A DNA stretch of 62,739 bases, the filler included, from Circinaria calcarea (Eukaryota), in NCBI GenBank assembly GCA_051942165.1. It is 22 parts of 22 records of this genome, joined end to end, with 100 filler letters (N's around TTAATTAATTAA, not from the genome) between each part and the next. Parts side by side here need not be neighbours in the genome. Positions count along the whole stretch, not along the records: positions 11,476 to 14,241 come from JAVECS010003270.1; positions 14,342 to 17,107 come from JAVECS010003271.1; positions 17,208 to 19,972 come from JAVECS010003272.1; positions 20,073 to 22,833 come from JAVECS010003273.1; positions 22,934 to 25,692 come from JAVECS010003274.1; 17 more parts are not named here. The stretch is one strand, 5' to 3'. Below are positions 11,476-23,827 of the stretch, one piece after another. The stretch's first letter is position 1. Each line of letters opens with the position of its first letter. Under the pieces are notes generated by a model, which was not told the DNA's origin, searched no databases, and saw nothing but the letters and a program-made list of their open reading frames with translations. The translations under genes and the position numbers were made by a program.

Positions 11476-12613
11476 CTCCCTGCCCTCCCGCCCCATTAAT
11501 CCCCTCAGCCCTAGTCAACTTCGCATCTTTGCTTGGAACGTCAACGGTATCGCGCCTTTCCTTCAACCAGCCATTACTAGTTTCTTCTCCTCTTCGAAGA
11601 AGACAATCAAGACACCGCCCGTCTCCTCAACTGTATTTTCAACTACCTCCTCTCCAGCTCCGCTATCTCTTCCCTCCCCAATCTCGTATTCTTTGCGCGA
11701 CTGCCTCAAAAGGTGGCAATACCCCCAGATCGTATGCCTGCAAGAAGTCAAAATTGCTCGCAAAGACACCAAAACGCAAAATGCCGTTTCCGCTGCCGTT
11801 AGAGCAACCCTTGTTGGTTCTCCAGCTACAGAAAGGAGCGGAGAAGGAGAGAAGGAGCCGGGGTACATAGCACGGTTTGGGTTGCCACGGGATAAGTATA
11901 ATGCTAGGGGATTCGGAGGTAAGGTGTATGGTGTCTGTACCCTTGTACGGAACGATTTCATGGAGAGGGAATGCGAGGATGGACTGGTGCAGGAGCTGGA
12001 TTGGGATCTAGAGGGGAGGGTGCTGAAGTTGGAATTACGGAAGCGGAAGTTGGTGGTGTTCAACGTCTACGCTGTCAACGGGACGGAAAATGCCTGGCGA
12101 GATTCGAAGACGGGAGAGGTGCTCGGGACAAGATTCGACCGCAAACGTGCTTTTCACACCACACTAGCATCTGACTGCGCGGGATACGAAGCCAGAGGTT
12201 GGGAGGTTGTGATAGCAGGAGATACGAATATCGCGCGGAGTCCGCTCGATGGGTTTCCGGGACGTCGGGTCGGCGAGCAGCATGTTCGGAGTCGACAGGA
12301 CTTTGAGGAGAAGTTCATGGGCGGGGGATTGGGGATGAGGGATTCTTACAGGGAGGTGAGAGGGAACGAGAGAAGGTATTCGTACAGGTCCAGGGGTGTG
12401 GAATGGGGGGTTTCGTGTGACCGGGTGGATCTGATCTTGGTGTCTCGAGGTCTGCGCGGGCTGGTAGAAGCGGATATCTTGGATGATGAGACGGAGAGAG
12501 GGCCGAGTGACCATTGCCCGCTGTACATTACTTTGGATCAGGAAAGCGAAGAGCAACAGGAAGGGTGTGCGGGGAAGGCTGAAATTAGCAAAGATAATCC
12601 CTTCACTGTTTGA
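11476..12613 (+). CDS. Exonuclease III / AP endonuclease (EEP, DNase I-like) family protein, 5' truncated
   Basis: The frame is open upstream of the tracked ORF and includes LRIFAWNVNG. Then IVCLQEVK, NVYAVNG, IAGDTNIA, DRVDLIL and GPSDHCP, the full ExoIII catalytic motif set. No Apn2-type C-terminal zinc finger. Confidence 0.9.
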
Positions 12614-13307
12614 GCACGAGAGTGCCTGTATTGTATATGATATCGTGGGTAAGGCTCATTAAACCTTACCTATAGAAGCCCAACATAGAGCCTGCTCACA
12701 GCCTGGATAGCTGCAGCTGAATCACAAATTTCACAAGCACCCCCAGTGGACGGGCCGCAAAAAGTGGTATTTTCAGGCCAATGCCACGACCTCCATGCCA
12801 AATACCATAGTGCATATCCGCACCGTTTACCTAGATAGGACCAAGTTTCCCGACCATCTGGTGAAAAGACAAAGATGAAAATTCTTGCACAAAGACTCGG
12901 TATTTCTATCCCCCAGTCAACCAAATTTTACCAAAGCAAACCAAAATGAATGAAGAACTTGTAGAAATATTTCCAGCCACCGAGGTGGGCAGAAAAAACA
13001 AGAAAAAAAACACGCCATTTCTTGGACTTTTTGATTTAACAAAAGTTGAATTAGGCTTAGCACTTCTACCCCCGTCTCCTACAGTAAGACCTTTTTGTCA
13101 AAACAGCCCCGGGAAAACTATTCGAGCTCTCGTTATTATTTCAGCCTTGCGGAGTATCAGAGGGGCAGATTTTGTCTGGGAACTCGCCGTACTCGATCCA
13201 AACAGGATATTCCCCTTGTACTTCTGGGGGATAAGGTGGAGTGGGGTACCCCGCCGTCTGGGCCAGAAGTTGGTGGGGCGGTTGAAGATCCTCAATAAGG
13301 TACATAC

Positions 13308-13339
13308 GCACACGCCTTAAAGCACACGCCTTAAAGCAC
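13308..13339 (+). repeat. Short tandem duplication (GCACACGCCTTAAA x2 + GCAC)
   Basis: Exact 14-bp direct repeat read from the sequence. Confidence 0.85.
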
Positions 13340-13405
13340 CCAGCTTGCTGCGGGGGAGATTTTATCCTTTTGATTCCAGTGCCCACGGGGCCATTTGCTA
13401 CGGTA

Positions 13406-13765
13406 AGAGTATAGAGTATAAGTCACCGGACACTTTTTAAATTTTGGTCCAAATTCGCCCACTGCAGGTTAAATTTATAATACCCGCCCTACCGATAATT
13501 TTGTACATGAGTGTGCAGTATAAGAGTTAAAAATAACAGGGTGTCCCGGCTAATTTGGCGAGGTGGGCTGTAAGATACCGGTATAATTAATTTGCCCTGA
13601 GAAAAGCGAGGGGGTACCACTGAGCCCACCAAAAAGCAGCGCCATTAGGATTCGAACCTAATCTCAGTGACAGTCCCCTCGAACATTGTATTTACGCGCA
13701 AGCACTTTGCAGTGGGCGAACTTATAAAAAATTCAGGGTGTCCGGTGACTTATGCTCTATACTCA
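13406..13765. mobile_element. MITE (about 360 bp) with TA flanks, Tc1/mariner-like
   Basis: TIR 13407-13433 GAGTATAGAGTATAAGTCACCGGACAC versus the reverse complement of 13738-13764, 26/27. Second inverted block TTCGCCCACTGCA at 13454-13466 / 13708-13720. TA at 13404-13405 and 13766-13767. No ORF inside. Confidence 0.8.
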
Positions 13766-14341
13766 TACAATCCACCCCCGCTTTAGATAGATACGTATCA
13801 GCTAATAATTAAGTAATTTATTATATATTAAACATTGGACTCAGCATACTAATGGGGCCGAGTTTGGCATGGTATATAGGGGTTCGGCACAGCACTACTG
13901 GCACTAGTAATAGCGTGTGTTGCAGAGTTTTCTTCTTGGTTTCGCACCCCCCGAACCATAGAACCTACACACCACAGCGAATGCAGCACACATAGCATAT
14001 GCACATTCCAATCGAAGTATTCCCTCCACTATTTATATGCTACTGTTGACCTGATGATTTAACATTATAGGCCTTTTTACATGCTATGCTGCACAACCGA
14101 ACATATAAAAAACCAACACAGATTGAAGCAATGCCTCACGAATTTGCATCTTCAGGAAATTTTGTACTACACGAAAGAAAACCCCGACACATTTTCTATC
14201 CCATCTCCATTCCCCTCTCTGCACACCCGCAAAAAGAACCCNNNNNNNNNNNNNNNNNNNNNNNNNNNNNNNNNNNNNNNNNNNNTTAATTAATTAANNN
14301 NNNNNNNNNNNNNNNNNNNNNNNNNNNNNNNNNNNNNNNNN

Positions 14342-14468
14342 CGGTGGCGGTGGTGGGGGTGAAGGTCCAGGTAGGGAAGAGGGCGGTGTAAAAGGCTTGG
14401 GCCCGGGGGACGGAGGTGGCCGGGATTTGGACCCAGATGGGGTGGCCGGGAATGTGGTTGGAGGGCAT
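14342..14468 (-). CDS. Glyoxalase/bleomycin-resistance (VOC) family protein, N-terminal fragment
   Basis: PGHPIWVQIPATSVPRAQAFYTALFPTWTF matches the first beta-alpha unit of VOC proteins. Cut by the contig end. Confidence 0.7.
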
Positions 14469-17207
14469 GGTGGTGGTGCTGAAAGGATGCTGGAGCTGGG
14501 GAGAATAAGGGAGGGCTTTTCGTAAGGGTGAGGGTTTTGGCTGTTGGCGGGGTCCGTGGGTTTTGGAGGGGAGAGAAAGCGAGAGAGGAGAGTGGGTGTT
14601 GTTTGGACGAGAAGTCTTGGTAGGGGAAATATGGGTTGGATAGGCGTAGAGTAGGGAAGCCGCCGGTGGGTTGGAAAAACTCCGGTTCAGTTTGACCGTT
14701 TTATATGATCACCAGGAAAGGGGGAGAAAGGCATAGGCAGCGGCCCCCTGTTGCCAAGGTACCCCACTTGATCCTCTTGTGATTGAGGAAGAGAAGGGTG
14801 CGGGGGTATACGAGAAGATGGCTTGCAGACGTAAATTCTCATTGAGTCTGATCATCGATTCTACAGAGAAAGCACCTTGTCGCGTGAACGTGGGGCGTGG
14901 AAGAAGGCCGCGAAAGACAAGCTGGTGCCTAAACTTGCGCGTTGGCGGTCTCTTAGCGTGTCACGAACTCATGTGAATTTGAGTCATTCTGACATGGGGG
15001 AAAGCGGAGGTAAAAATGGCCGATGTGTACCTTTTGGCTGTTGCACACACTAGGCCAATCAGCTTCCCTGTCCCGGACCCTCGCCATTCAGGCAATGCCG
15101 ATCCAGAGCCGGATTATCGAGCCATTGACGAGTGATACCGTAGCCCATCAAGGACCCATCAATATAGGAGAATCCTTGCGATTGTCTCGTCTGCAGTTCA
15201 GCTGAGAGCTAGTTCTTAGCTATAGCCCCTCAGATATGGCCCTTTGGAAAACCCCGATTCTAGAGTAGGTTCTATCAAGGAGCTTGCGTCCCCGACCTCT
15301 ACTTCAATCATAGATCTTCAGCTCTTCAAGGCCGTCCGTATATGGCAAATCTCCATGGGGGAAGCTGCCACGGATCGACCCTGTTATCCATCACCTGACA
15401 CCGAGCCCCCTGCCCAGTACACTTAAACAGTTTCTATGACGGATTGATGAAAATTATAACGATGAAGGGAACATGCAATCAGAGGAGTAAACAGAGCGTC
15501 CGCTACGTACATCATCAACACGAATGGCACACAGGAAACGTCGAGTAGAGAGGTAGGAGTGGAAAACGGAAAGGTCAGCCAGGTAACGTGAGCCTCTCTA
15601 CAAACTCAGACCGAGGCTATTCCTGGCTACTTGCTCTTGCAATAAACCATCCCTACTTTCCACTAAATCCAAACTGCATTATTGTGTCGTCTCCAGCTCG
15701 GGAGATTTTGCAAAAGATATACGGCGGCACTCCCGGACATGTGCAGCGTGATAGGAAGAGCATAGTGCATCGGAGACAGCAAGCAAGGCAACAGTGGAAG
15801 GAACATAACCTCCTCGAACGTCGCTGCATGAGCCATGCGATCTTTTTCAGTGAGCGCCGCCATTGCCACTGCAGAAATCAGCTGCGGTGGAGGGTTCCGT
15901 AGCCTTGCTGAACTGTGATCTTATTTTACCCTCCAGTGTCTGCAATCACGAGACTTTTTCTCTCCGGTTACTTGCTTAGGAGCTGAATGGTCTTCCATAC
16001 CACAATAACGGCGTAAATTATGGCGTCGTTGTTCTTTTGTCCATTTTATTCGACCATGTCTAGGCAATGCATCGAATACCTTTTCGACAACCTCGCGATC
16101 AAACCATCCCCAAGGAACAAGCTCGGGATAGACCTAGGTTAGAGTCGGAAGGGGAGAAATCGTCATCCATTCTTCTTCCGATGTGTTAACCTCATCTCCA
16201 TCCGCTTTCCGAACTTCTGGGTAGGACTCGGCCACGTGTGTAGGTTCCTTTCAGACACCGCCATTAGCCCTAAACGGCCTCCTCTAGTCACTTCTACCGC
16301 ACTGGTCTTGACAACTCCTATGATAGTCACATCAAATGATGCCACCGGGCGTAACACCGCATACAATTAGCATCCCGAGAGAGGCCGTGGCTGGCCGAGG
16401 AGGATTGCCGAACAGCTCTTCTATGAGTGTCCTGTCCAAAGAAGCCGAGCACCATGGCACCTACTAGGGATGGACAAAAAGTCGCTGGTACTGTGGGTTG
16501 AAAGTAAGCGAGGGTCTTTGCGGATAGGATGTTTCTTGTATCGTCGGGAAGACAGAGTCCACTTGGTCATAACTGAAAAAGCTTTATTGTTCTCGACAAT
16601 CTGTCATTAGAGAGAGAGGCAGCTACCCTGTGGTACCCCGCCTACTGTTATATACCAACAGCTCCCTTAGCCACACAGCCTTCCACCTCACCAGATAGCA
16701 ATGCAAGATGTACATACTGCCTTGACTAGCCCTATAGCACATGGGCGAATTTCGGATCTACGGCACCTTTATGGATGTCGACGATGTGTCCGGGTGCGAG
16801 AGCACTACATGTCAAGCACGTTAATATAGTGGCAGCTTTGAATACTGGCGAAGAGAACATGCTAGCCGAGCGAAGATAAGGAGTAGCAGACGCATTTCGG
16901 CAGGGCATGAGGAAGACTCAGCGCGGCGGACAAGAAGATGAACATAAGGAGAGGAAGAGGGAAAGAATGAATGGACTGGATTGGATAATGGTTGCTAAGC
17001 GCAAATCAAAACAGGCGGAGGCACTCGCCATCGTGTCAACGCCACAGACGGTTCTCGGTCGATTAAATACGTAGCGTGTGTTCATCAAGGATAGATAAGA
17101 CTCGCACNNNNNNNNNNNNNNNNNNNNNNNNNNNNNNNNNNNNNNNNNNNNTTAATTAATTAANNNNNNNNNNNNNNNNNNNNNNNNNNNNNNNNNNNNN
17201 NNNNNNN

Positions 17208-18458
17208 CCCTTCTCCGGCAGTCACAGTTTGTTCGACAACCTGGTGTACCTTTTGGTATTCTTCGTCCAGTCCAACTAGTGGTAGTCGCTTTTTTCTTGT
17301 AAGGGACTTCATGATCTGGGACTTCAGAAGCTTTAGCGGTTCTTCATACAGCCTATTTCGTAGGAGCTCATTGAGTTGTTCCAGGTGATTATTGGGGTGA
17401 TTTTCCCTTACAGCGGTTTGATCCTCATGGAGTGCTGACTGGGCTACTGTGTTATCGAAAGGGGATGGTAGTTTAGGCTTTGTTTTTGGTGGTCGTCCAC
17501 GTCTCTTGGCTGGTGTGCTACCATCAACGGTCACCGGCTGCAGTCGCCTCGTCAAAGACTTGGGAGGGTGTTGGTTTTCTTTGTCCTCTATTGTGAGCTC
17601 AGGCGTCCCAGGGTAACCTTCAGGTTGCAGTTGTGGTTCTTGGTCTTTCGATATACCGGAAGCAGGTACTGAGATTTTCCTCGGTCTTCCCCTCTTTCGT
17701 ATAGCGGGTTTTGTAGGAGTAACTACTGTAGCTTCGGATGTTGTCATCAACGACTTAGTAGACATTTTTCGTTGCCTTCCGCTAGACCTTGTGGGACGAG
17801 AGTCCTCCGTTCCCCCATGATTCTTTGCAAGACCATTCGCATCACCATCTGTGCTTCTGGAATTACTTGCGGTGTTCGATACTGGGTTTCCCATGGCTGG
17901 GCTTATCCATTCCAGATCTTCAAACGGAGTTTGCTGGCCAACAAGAATGACTTTGTCCCCTAATGATCCTGCGTTTGTAGATTCAGGACAAGATCTGTGT
18001 GCTTGCTTCCTTTTCTTTCTCGGCGTCTGGTACAGGACTATAGCTTCTCCTTCGCTTTCATCGGTTATATCCACCCGAAGCCTCCCTATAGCCTCTGCCG
18101 GCCGCTTCCTTTTGGATGGCGTACCTCCCAAATCTTCTTGCCTGTCGCTCGCCTCACCATGTGTAGACATTGAGTGGTAGGCTGAATCTGCAAAGGCAGC
18201 GGGCTTTCCATGCTCAAGTACTGCTCCATCCTCGCCAGTATCCAAGGCTGTCGTAGTGTCTCCGTACGGATCAATTGCAATACAGTCCTTCTTTCTGTTA
18301 TGTCCATATGTCACAAGAGGGCGTGAGCTTTGTCTGGGTACTGCACGGCTGACGGATGGTGACTGGAGTGTTTCTATCAGATTGGGTGATGAAGGTACGA
18401 CGGAGACAGATGTAATGGTCTTGCGCCGTTTGGAAGACCTCAATTCTGAGGATTCCAT
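17208..18458 (-). CDS. ORC4: Origin recognition complex subunit 4, N-terminal part with AT-hooks, 3' truncated
   Basis: Long disordered N-terminus with RKRGRPRK and KRRGRPPK, then LPLVGLDEEYQKVHQVVEQTVTAGEG, the conserved entry to the fungal Orc4 AAA+ domain just before Walker A. Confidence 0.88.
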
Positions 18459-20999
18459 GCCAATGCCTTATGTTTGTCCTCCAACTTGCGCGGTCACGGA
18501 AGTTTATAGAAGCAGCTCTATGCACAGGGTGGAGCAGGTACGTAGTGCCTCGGCAAGGAGTTGTCTCCAGAGTCCAAAAGCCACTACTGTATACCATAGG
18601 GCTGATCCATCAAGTTTACTCGACCTCTGGAATTAGGGGTAAATTGCCGGGAGGGAGGGGCCGTTCCACTTGTGCAAAGCAATCTCCTACGCGAATTGCA
18701 GCCTATTCTGCACAAATCCGAGAGTTGGCGAAGTGTACAATTACGACGGATGATATGTAATTTTCATATCTCTTTACGAAGTACCCCTACATCTTGAGCA
18801 AGAAGAAACGGCCCCGATGCACAAAGCAAAAGCAAAGCTGTACTTCAAGGTGACTAAATCTATATTATTCCAAATTTCGGCAGAATCGTGGCGATTATCC
18901 TTCTCCACAATCATTCGCATCCGCTCTTCAGTGCCGCTAATGCCCATTGTCTTGTGAGATAGAGGTACTCACACCGGGAACTGTCAACCGTTGTCAATGC
19001 ATCCACTCCTGTTGGCTTCCCCAAACACTGTAGATATCGTAGCCATGCCTTCATGCATGAAGTCCTTCGATAAAGGGCGTCTGGGAGGTATCAATGATGC
19101 CGCGCCCCTGGAGATGGTTACCTGAGGTCCACACTTTCGGAGCAGGTACCGAGAGAGACTCTGGCTGCGGGCACCATGAACATGATTTAGAATACCTCGA
19201 CACTGCGGGCGGCAACTTGCAAGTCCCAGCGTAACAATCAGAGGAAGCCTTGAGGCGCATACCGTACCGTACTGTACTCCTGCCAGCGTACGGAGTAGAT
19301 TCCGGCCATTAAGGTGTCAAGAGGTCACGTTGCATCGTGATGCTGTGCCGACAGCCCTGTTATTCATATGTTTGGGGAAGGCGCCTCCGTAGCACCCACC
19401 ACCCAGCAAAAAAAGCGCTTGGGTCTCCTACATGTATTTAAAATCTTGAACGATGATAGGGGGCGGGACGCTGGCTACAGGCGCATTCATGCACTCATGC
19501 ATGGCTGGAATGAGGATGTGCGCGTTGCCTTAGACCCAAAGGCCAGGTGGAGGCTGATAGGCGCGATTCAAGGCAATCTTATCAGTCAAGAAATCATATA
19601 ATAGATTTTAACATGGGGACTGTACCTAGGTAATCACAACCCCATCATTTGAAGTCCCAAGCTGACATTAGCTACTGTAAGCTGACGATACATTTAAAAT
19701 TCGTATCCGTATTTTCGCCAGCGATTACTGACATTTCTCTCCCAGGGCAAGGAAAAGATGATTCGAGTTCGTGACCTGGATCACAGGTGTGATGAGTGTA
19801 ATGAGTGTGATGAGGGTGAGTACCAAGGAACGAGGAGTCCGTCAACCGTAACCGACATGTCAGCTTCAGGCACAGCCGCCAATCAACGCGTCGCCTTTTC
19901 CTCCCATTTTTCAAAGGATCGGCGCCAGTGAGAGATGGGGTGGGTTGTTGCATGCACGCCGACCGTGCTAATNNNNNNNNNNNNNNNNNNNNNNNNNNNN
20001 NNNNNNNNNNNNNNNNTTAATTAATTAANNNNNNNNNNNNNNNNNNNNNNNNNNNNNNNNNNNNNNNNNNNNTCTTGGTGGAGGGAGATATGTGTACCTG
20101 GGAGTTTGATGGAGCCGTGGCAGATAGCGTCTAAGGCGCTTGCTGTCCTTTCTTTTCTGGTATGCCATTGGTCTCAATGACTTTAGCGGGGATACTTTGA
20201 CCGAGGGTGGTGGTCACCGGTGAAGGCGCCATTTTCGGGGAGCTCGAACGGAGCTGTGAGAGCGCTGGACATCAAAAGTTATTGTGGAATGAATGATAGT
20301 TGGATATATATAGGATATGCCCCGTCCATATTGCGAGCATCTATGGGCGCGTCTAATAAGGAATGGAATTCCTTTCACCCGAATATGCACGAGTCTGATA
20401 AGCCCTACGCTAATGTAAATATGGCCGATCACAGACAGTGCTCGCTTAGATATGTGGTGAAGCACTTGACAATTCTCTCTCGTCACATCGCAATCATGTT
20501 CGCTCACCACCGGTCGGGCTGTGAAGACATACTTTTGCCAGGTGAAGTCACCATGGGTACATTCTCACACACGGCGTGATTCAGTGCCGAACGGTAGTTT
20601 CATCTCACTTATTCTACTTCGGTCTTTATAGCAATGGCCCTCTCTACCAAGGGGCACCTGACGGTGGAAAAAGGCCCTCCGACATTATTTTCACTGTCGA
20701 ACAGCCCGCCAGCCAAAGATGAGTACCATGAAGACGGTACGTTGACCGGATACCACAATCTCCTTTTGTCTTTGAATAGGATCTCATGTAAAGTGATGAC
20801 GCTTTTTGCAACCCCCTTATGTATTGCACAGTCTATATGTTACGCGTTCAAGTCATGTTTTCAAACCCCAATCTTCCCTCCACTCAATGCCCTGTTTTCT
20901 TCGACACACCCATTTACAATTTCCACTCACTCAAGCCTATCTATATAATAATTATGAAATGGTATGCATATCATGGCTAACTATGATTAACAGACTCGC

Positions 21000-22592
21000 A
21001 AGCGACAACAACAAAACAAGATCCGAAAACCCCTTTCCCCTTCTTAAAGCTCCCGTACAACAGTCGTTATCACATTTACTGCATGACACTTATTTTCCCC
21101 GACCAACCTGTTCCGGTGGCTGCCTGCTCAGCTCTCTAACGCAACGCCACAACACCTGGGGCCCAACGTTTCAAACTGTCTCATTCGGGAAGACGATAAT
21201 CAATACCATCGAGCCCAAAATATTGAAAGTTGTATTCGCTACCGAAAGTGTAAAACTTTGGTGTGGAGCCCATTCGAGCTCCTCCGGCGCATGCTCTGAT
21301 CGGAAAAGGAATCTTCACGACCGACGGGGCTTATTGGGCTCGTTCAAGGGCTTTGACGCGGCCATGCTTTACTAGAGCCCAGTTTGCGAACCTAACATCT
21401 CTAGAAAGGCACGTTAATCGACTACTAGAACTAATCCCTCGGAAGGGAGCTACTGTTGATCTGCAATCATTATTTTGCCGCTTTGTAAGTCAATCTGTAT
21501 ATTGTAGACATCGCAGCCATGGACCTTAACGCAAATCAGTTACTCGATAGCTCCTCTCAATACCTCTTCGGGAAGTTGACAGATCATTATTACCCAAAAG
21601 TTCAGCCGACACGGTCACTTTCATCAAGACTTTTGCTGTGGCTCAATATGGCGTGGGTCAAAGAGTGCAATTGGGAAAACCGCGGTTTCTGTATCAGAGT
21701 AATAAGTGGAGACAAGCATGCAAGACCGTGCATGATTTTATTGATAATCATGTCGGAATGGCAATAAACAATCAGGCATCTGCCGATAACAAAGGAGCTA
21801 TTCCCGCAGACAGACCTTATAAGCAATACATTCTCCTAAATGAAATGGCCAAAGCCAAAAAAGACCCAGTCGAACTGCGCTACCAAGTCCTGAATGTATT
21901 TCTCGGAGGCTATGAATCTACCGCCATTGCCCTGAGCAACATCTTCTTCGACCTCGCGCGGAATGAGGGTGCATATCAGAAGCTCCGCGCAAAGAGTCTC
22001 GGTATCGGCGCGACGCCGATAACCTTGGAACTTCTCCGAAGCCTTAAATACTTGCGCCACGTTATCTCGGAAAGTAAGTGTTCCATTTATATCCCAAGCA
22101 GCTCAACCCAGTGATATCCCCTTAACAGTAGAATACAGAATACAGGCCTTCGGCTGCATCCTATTGCGCCTCTGTTAAGTCGAGTCTGTCTTCACGACAC
22201 CATCGTCCCCGCTGGCGGTGGCCCAGACGGCGTCGCGGCCCTGCTGATCCGGCGTCGCGGCGAGACCGTTGCTGCAAGTACCTACGCTTTGCACCGCTGC
22301 AAATCACTATGGGGTGAAGATGCCGATGCCGATACCTTTTGGCCTGAACGATGGGAGACGGTACATCCAACGTGGGAATACATGCCTTTTGGCGGCGGGA
22401 CTAAGATCTGTCCTGCACAGCAGCTTGCACTGACGGAGGTGTCTTGTGTTATTGTAAGGTTGGTGAAAGAATTTAGAAAGGTGGAAGAGAGGGATGGGCG
22501 GGCCGTGGACGGAGATGTTGAAGATGACAGTGTGTAATCGCAACGGTGTGCAGGTGGCAATGGTTTCGGGCGAAGCAATAAATTTGGATTGA
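21000..22592 (+). pseudogene. Cytochrome P450, CYP52-clan-like, frameshifted
   Basis: Fragments GKGIFTTDGAYWARSRAL, LNVFLGGYESTA (I-helix), the spliced ExxR motif (VISE...LRLHP), FWPERW and YMPFGGGTKICPAQQLALTE (heme Cys). Frame changes near 21250, 21590 and 22500 are not explained by introns. 5' boundary approximate. Confidence 0.85.
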
Positions 22593-22933
22593 AATACCTA
22601 AATGCATTCACGGTTCGATTATATTAAACTTCAAATCCTAAGGAACAAAAAGAGTCGCCAAGGAAAAATATTATAATTCACGCCAGCGATTTCAAAATAA
22701 ATCCCTAACCCTTTTTTGCCGCTTGCAATTTCGATATATTCACAATTATTATTGGTGGTGGAGGCAACAAAAGCTAGACTGGAAACGGACGGGATTTTTG
22801 TCATTGAAGTTGGGGCGCGCACGCTTAGAAGGGNNNNNNNNNNNNNNNNNNNNNNNNNNNNNNNNNNNNNNNNNNNNTTAATTAATTAANNNNNNNNNNN
22901 NNNNNNNNNNNNNNNNNNNNNNNNNNNNNNNNN

Positions 22934-23134
22934 CATTGTCGAGGTGGTGAGTGATCTGGTTGTGGGAGTCGAAGTGTAGAAGACTGGCTTGAGATCCGAG
23001 GGGCGGACCTGCTTCACGATTGCGGAAAGTCTTGCCGCGAAACGGAGGGGTAAAGCCAGAATGAGGGCGGCACCAAGGAAGAGGAAGAGGGCAAGGAAAA
23101 GGAGCTTGGATGGTCGGAAGGTCGCCACTGTATC
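22934..23134 (-). CDS. N-terminal exon with signal/TM segment of an unidentified protein, 3' truncated
   Basis: Hydrophobic LLFLALFLFLGAALILAL segment preceded by a branch point (GCTAAC) and a CAG acceptor. Start codon not located. Confidence 0.4.
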
Positions 23135-23827
23135 CTGTGTTTGATGGGAAGTGGTTATATGGTTAGCGAAGCAATCAATAATGAAGCAATCAAGAGTGAA
23201 GTTTGTAGTGCGTCAGCGGCTATGTATATGTACACTGTATCATAAAGCAACAGGATTCCTAACCGACGGGTAGGCTAGGGTATCCTCTCCTTTGATTGGC
23301 TCTTGGGGTTTCAGGGTCCTACGCAAGTTTGGGTAGATCAAACTCCCCGCACTACGAGGACGTGTCCTTGCCCACAAGAATAGCCGCGAGCGAAGGCAAT
23401 TCGGCCTAGCCATTATGGAAAGAAAGCACGCCGTAGGTCTACTTTACCCGTTTTTCGATTCTACAGGATATATAGACGGCCACACGATTGAGCCCTCCAC
23501 AATGTTTACAATCTCACCGAGGAACGGACTAGGTTCTGTACACCTTCCAACCAAGCTCGAATCCTTTCGATTTTGATTTGAACCTGCCCACCCTTCAATT
23601 GGATAGCTGGTAATTGTAACTCGGTCTTATGAGCCTACCCACCCTTTAAGCCAGCTGGTACTCCTTCAAGCCAGGTCGATCGTTGTTCCACTCTCAACCA
23701 CTTGACCTCCCGTATGGAGTTTTCCTGCACAACGCCGTATCTTACTTATCTAGGTGCATCACTGTCCTTGGATTCCCCTTGACCACGCAGATACCCTAAC
23801 CCTAAGCCTTTCTTTCCTCATCTGGCC

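Noticed and set aside
12740..13392. Possible second TIR element next to the MITE (CCCCAGTGGAC ... GCCCACGGGG)
   Set aside because: The inverted match is too short and imperfect, and there is no TSD.
13631..13706. A functional tRNA gene (CTGTCAC could be an Asp anticodon loop)
   Set aside because: No A-box or D-arm, no anticodon stem and no room for a variable loop. Kept only as a T-arm/B-box remnant.
15588..16366. Protein-like minus-strand frame (VYPELVPWGWFDREVVEKVFDALPRHG) broken by stops
   Set aside because: May be a gene remnant, but no family is recognisable. Needs BLASTX.
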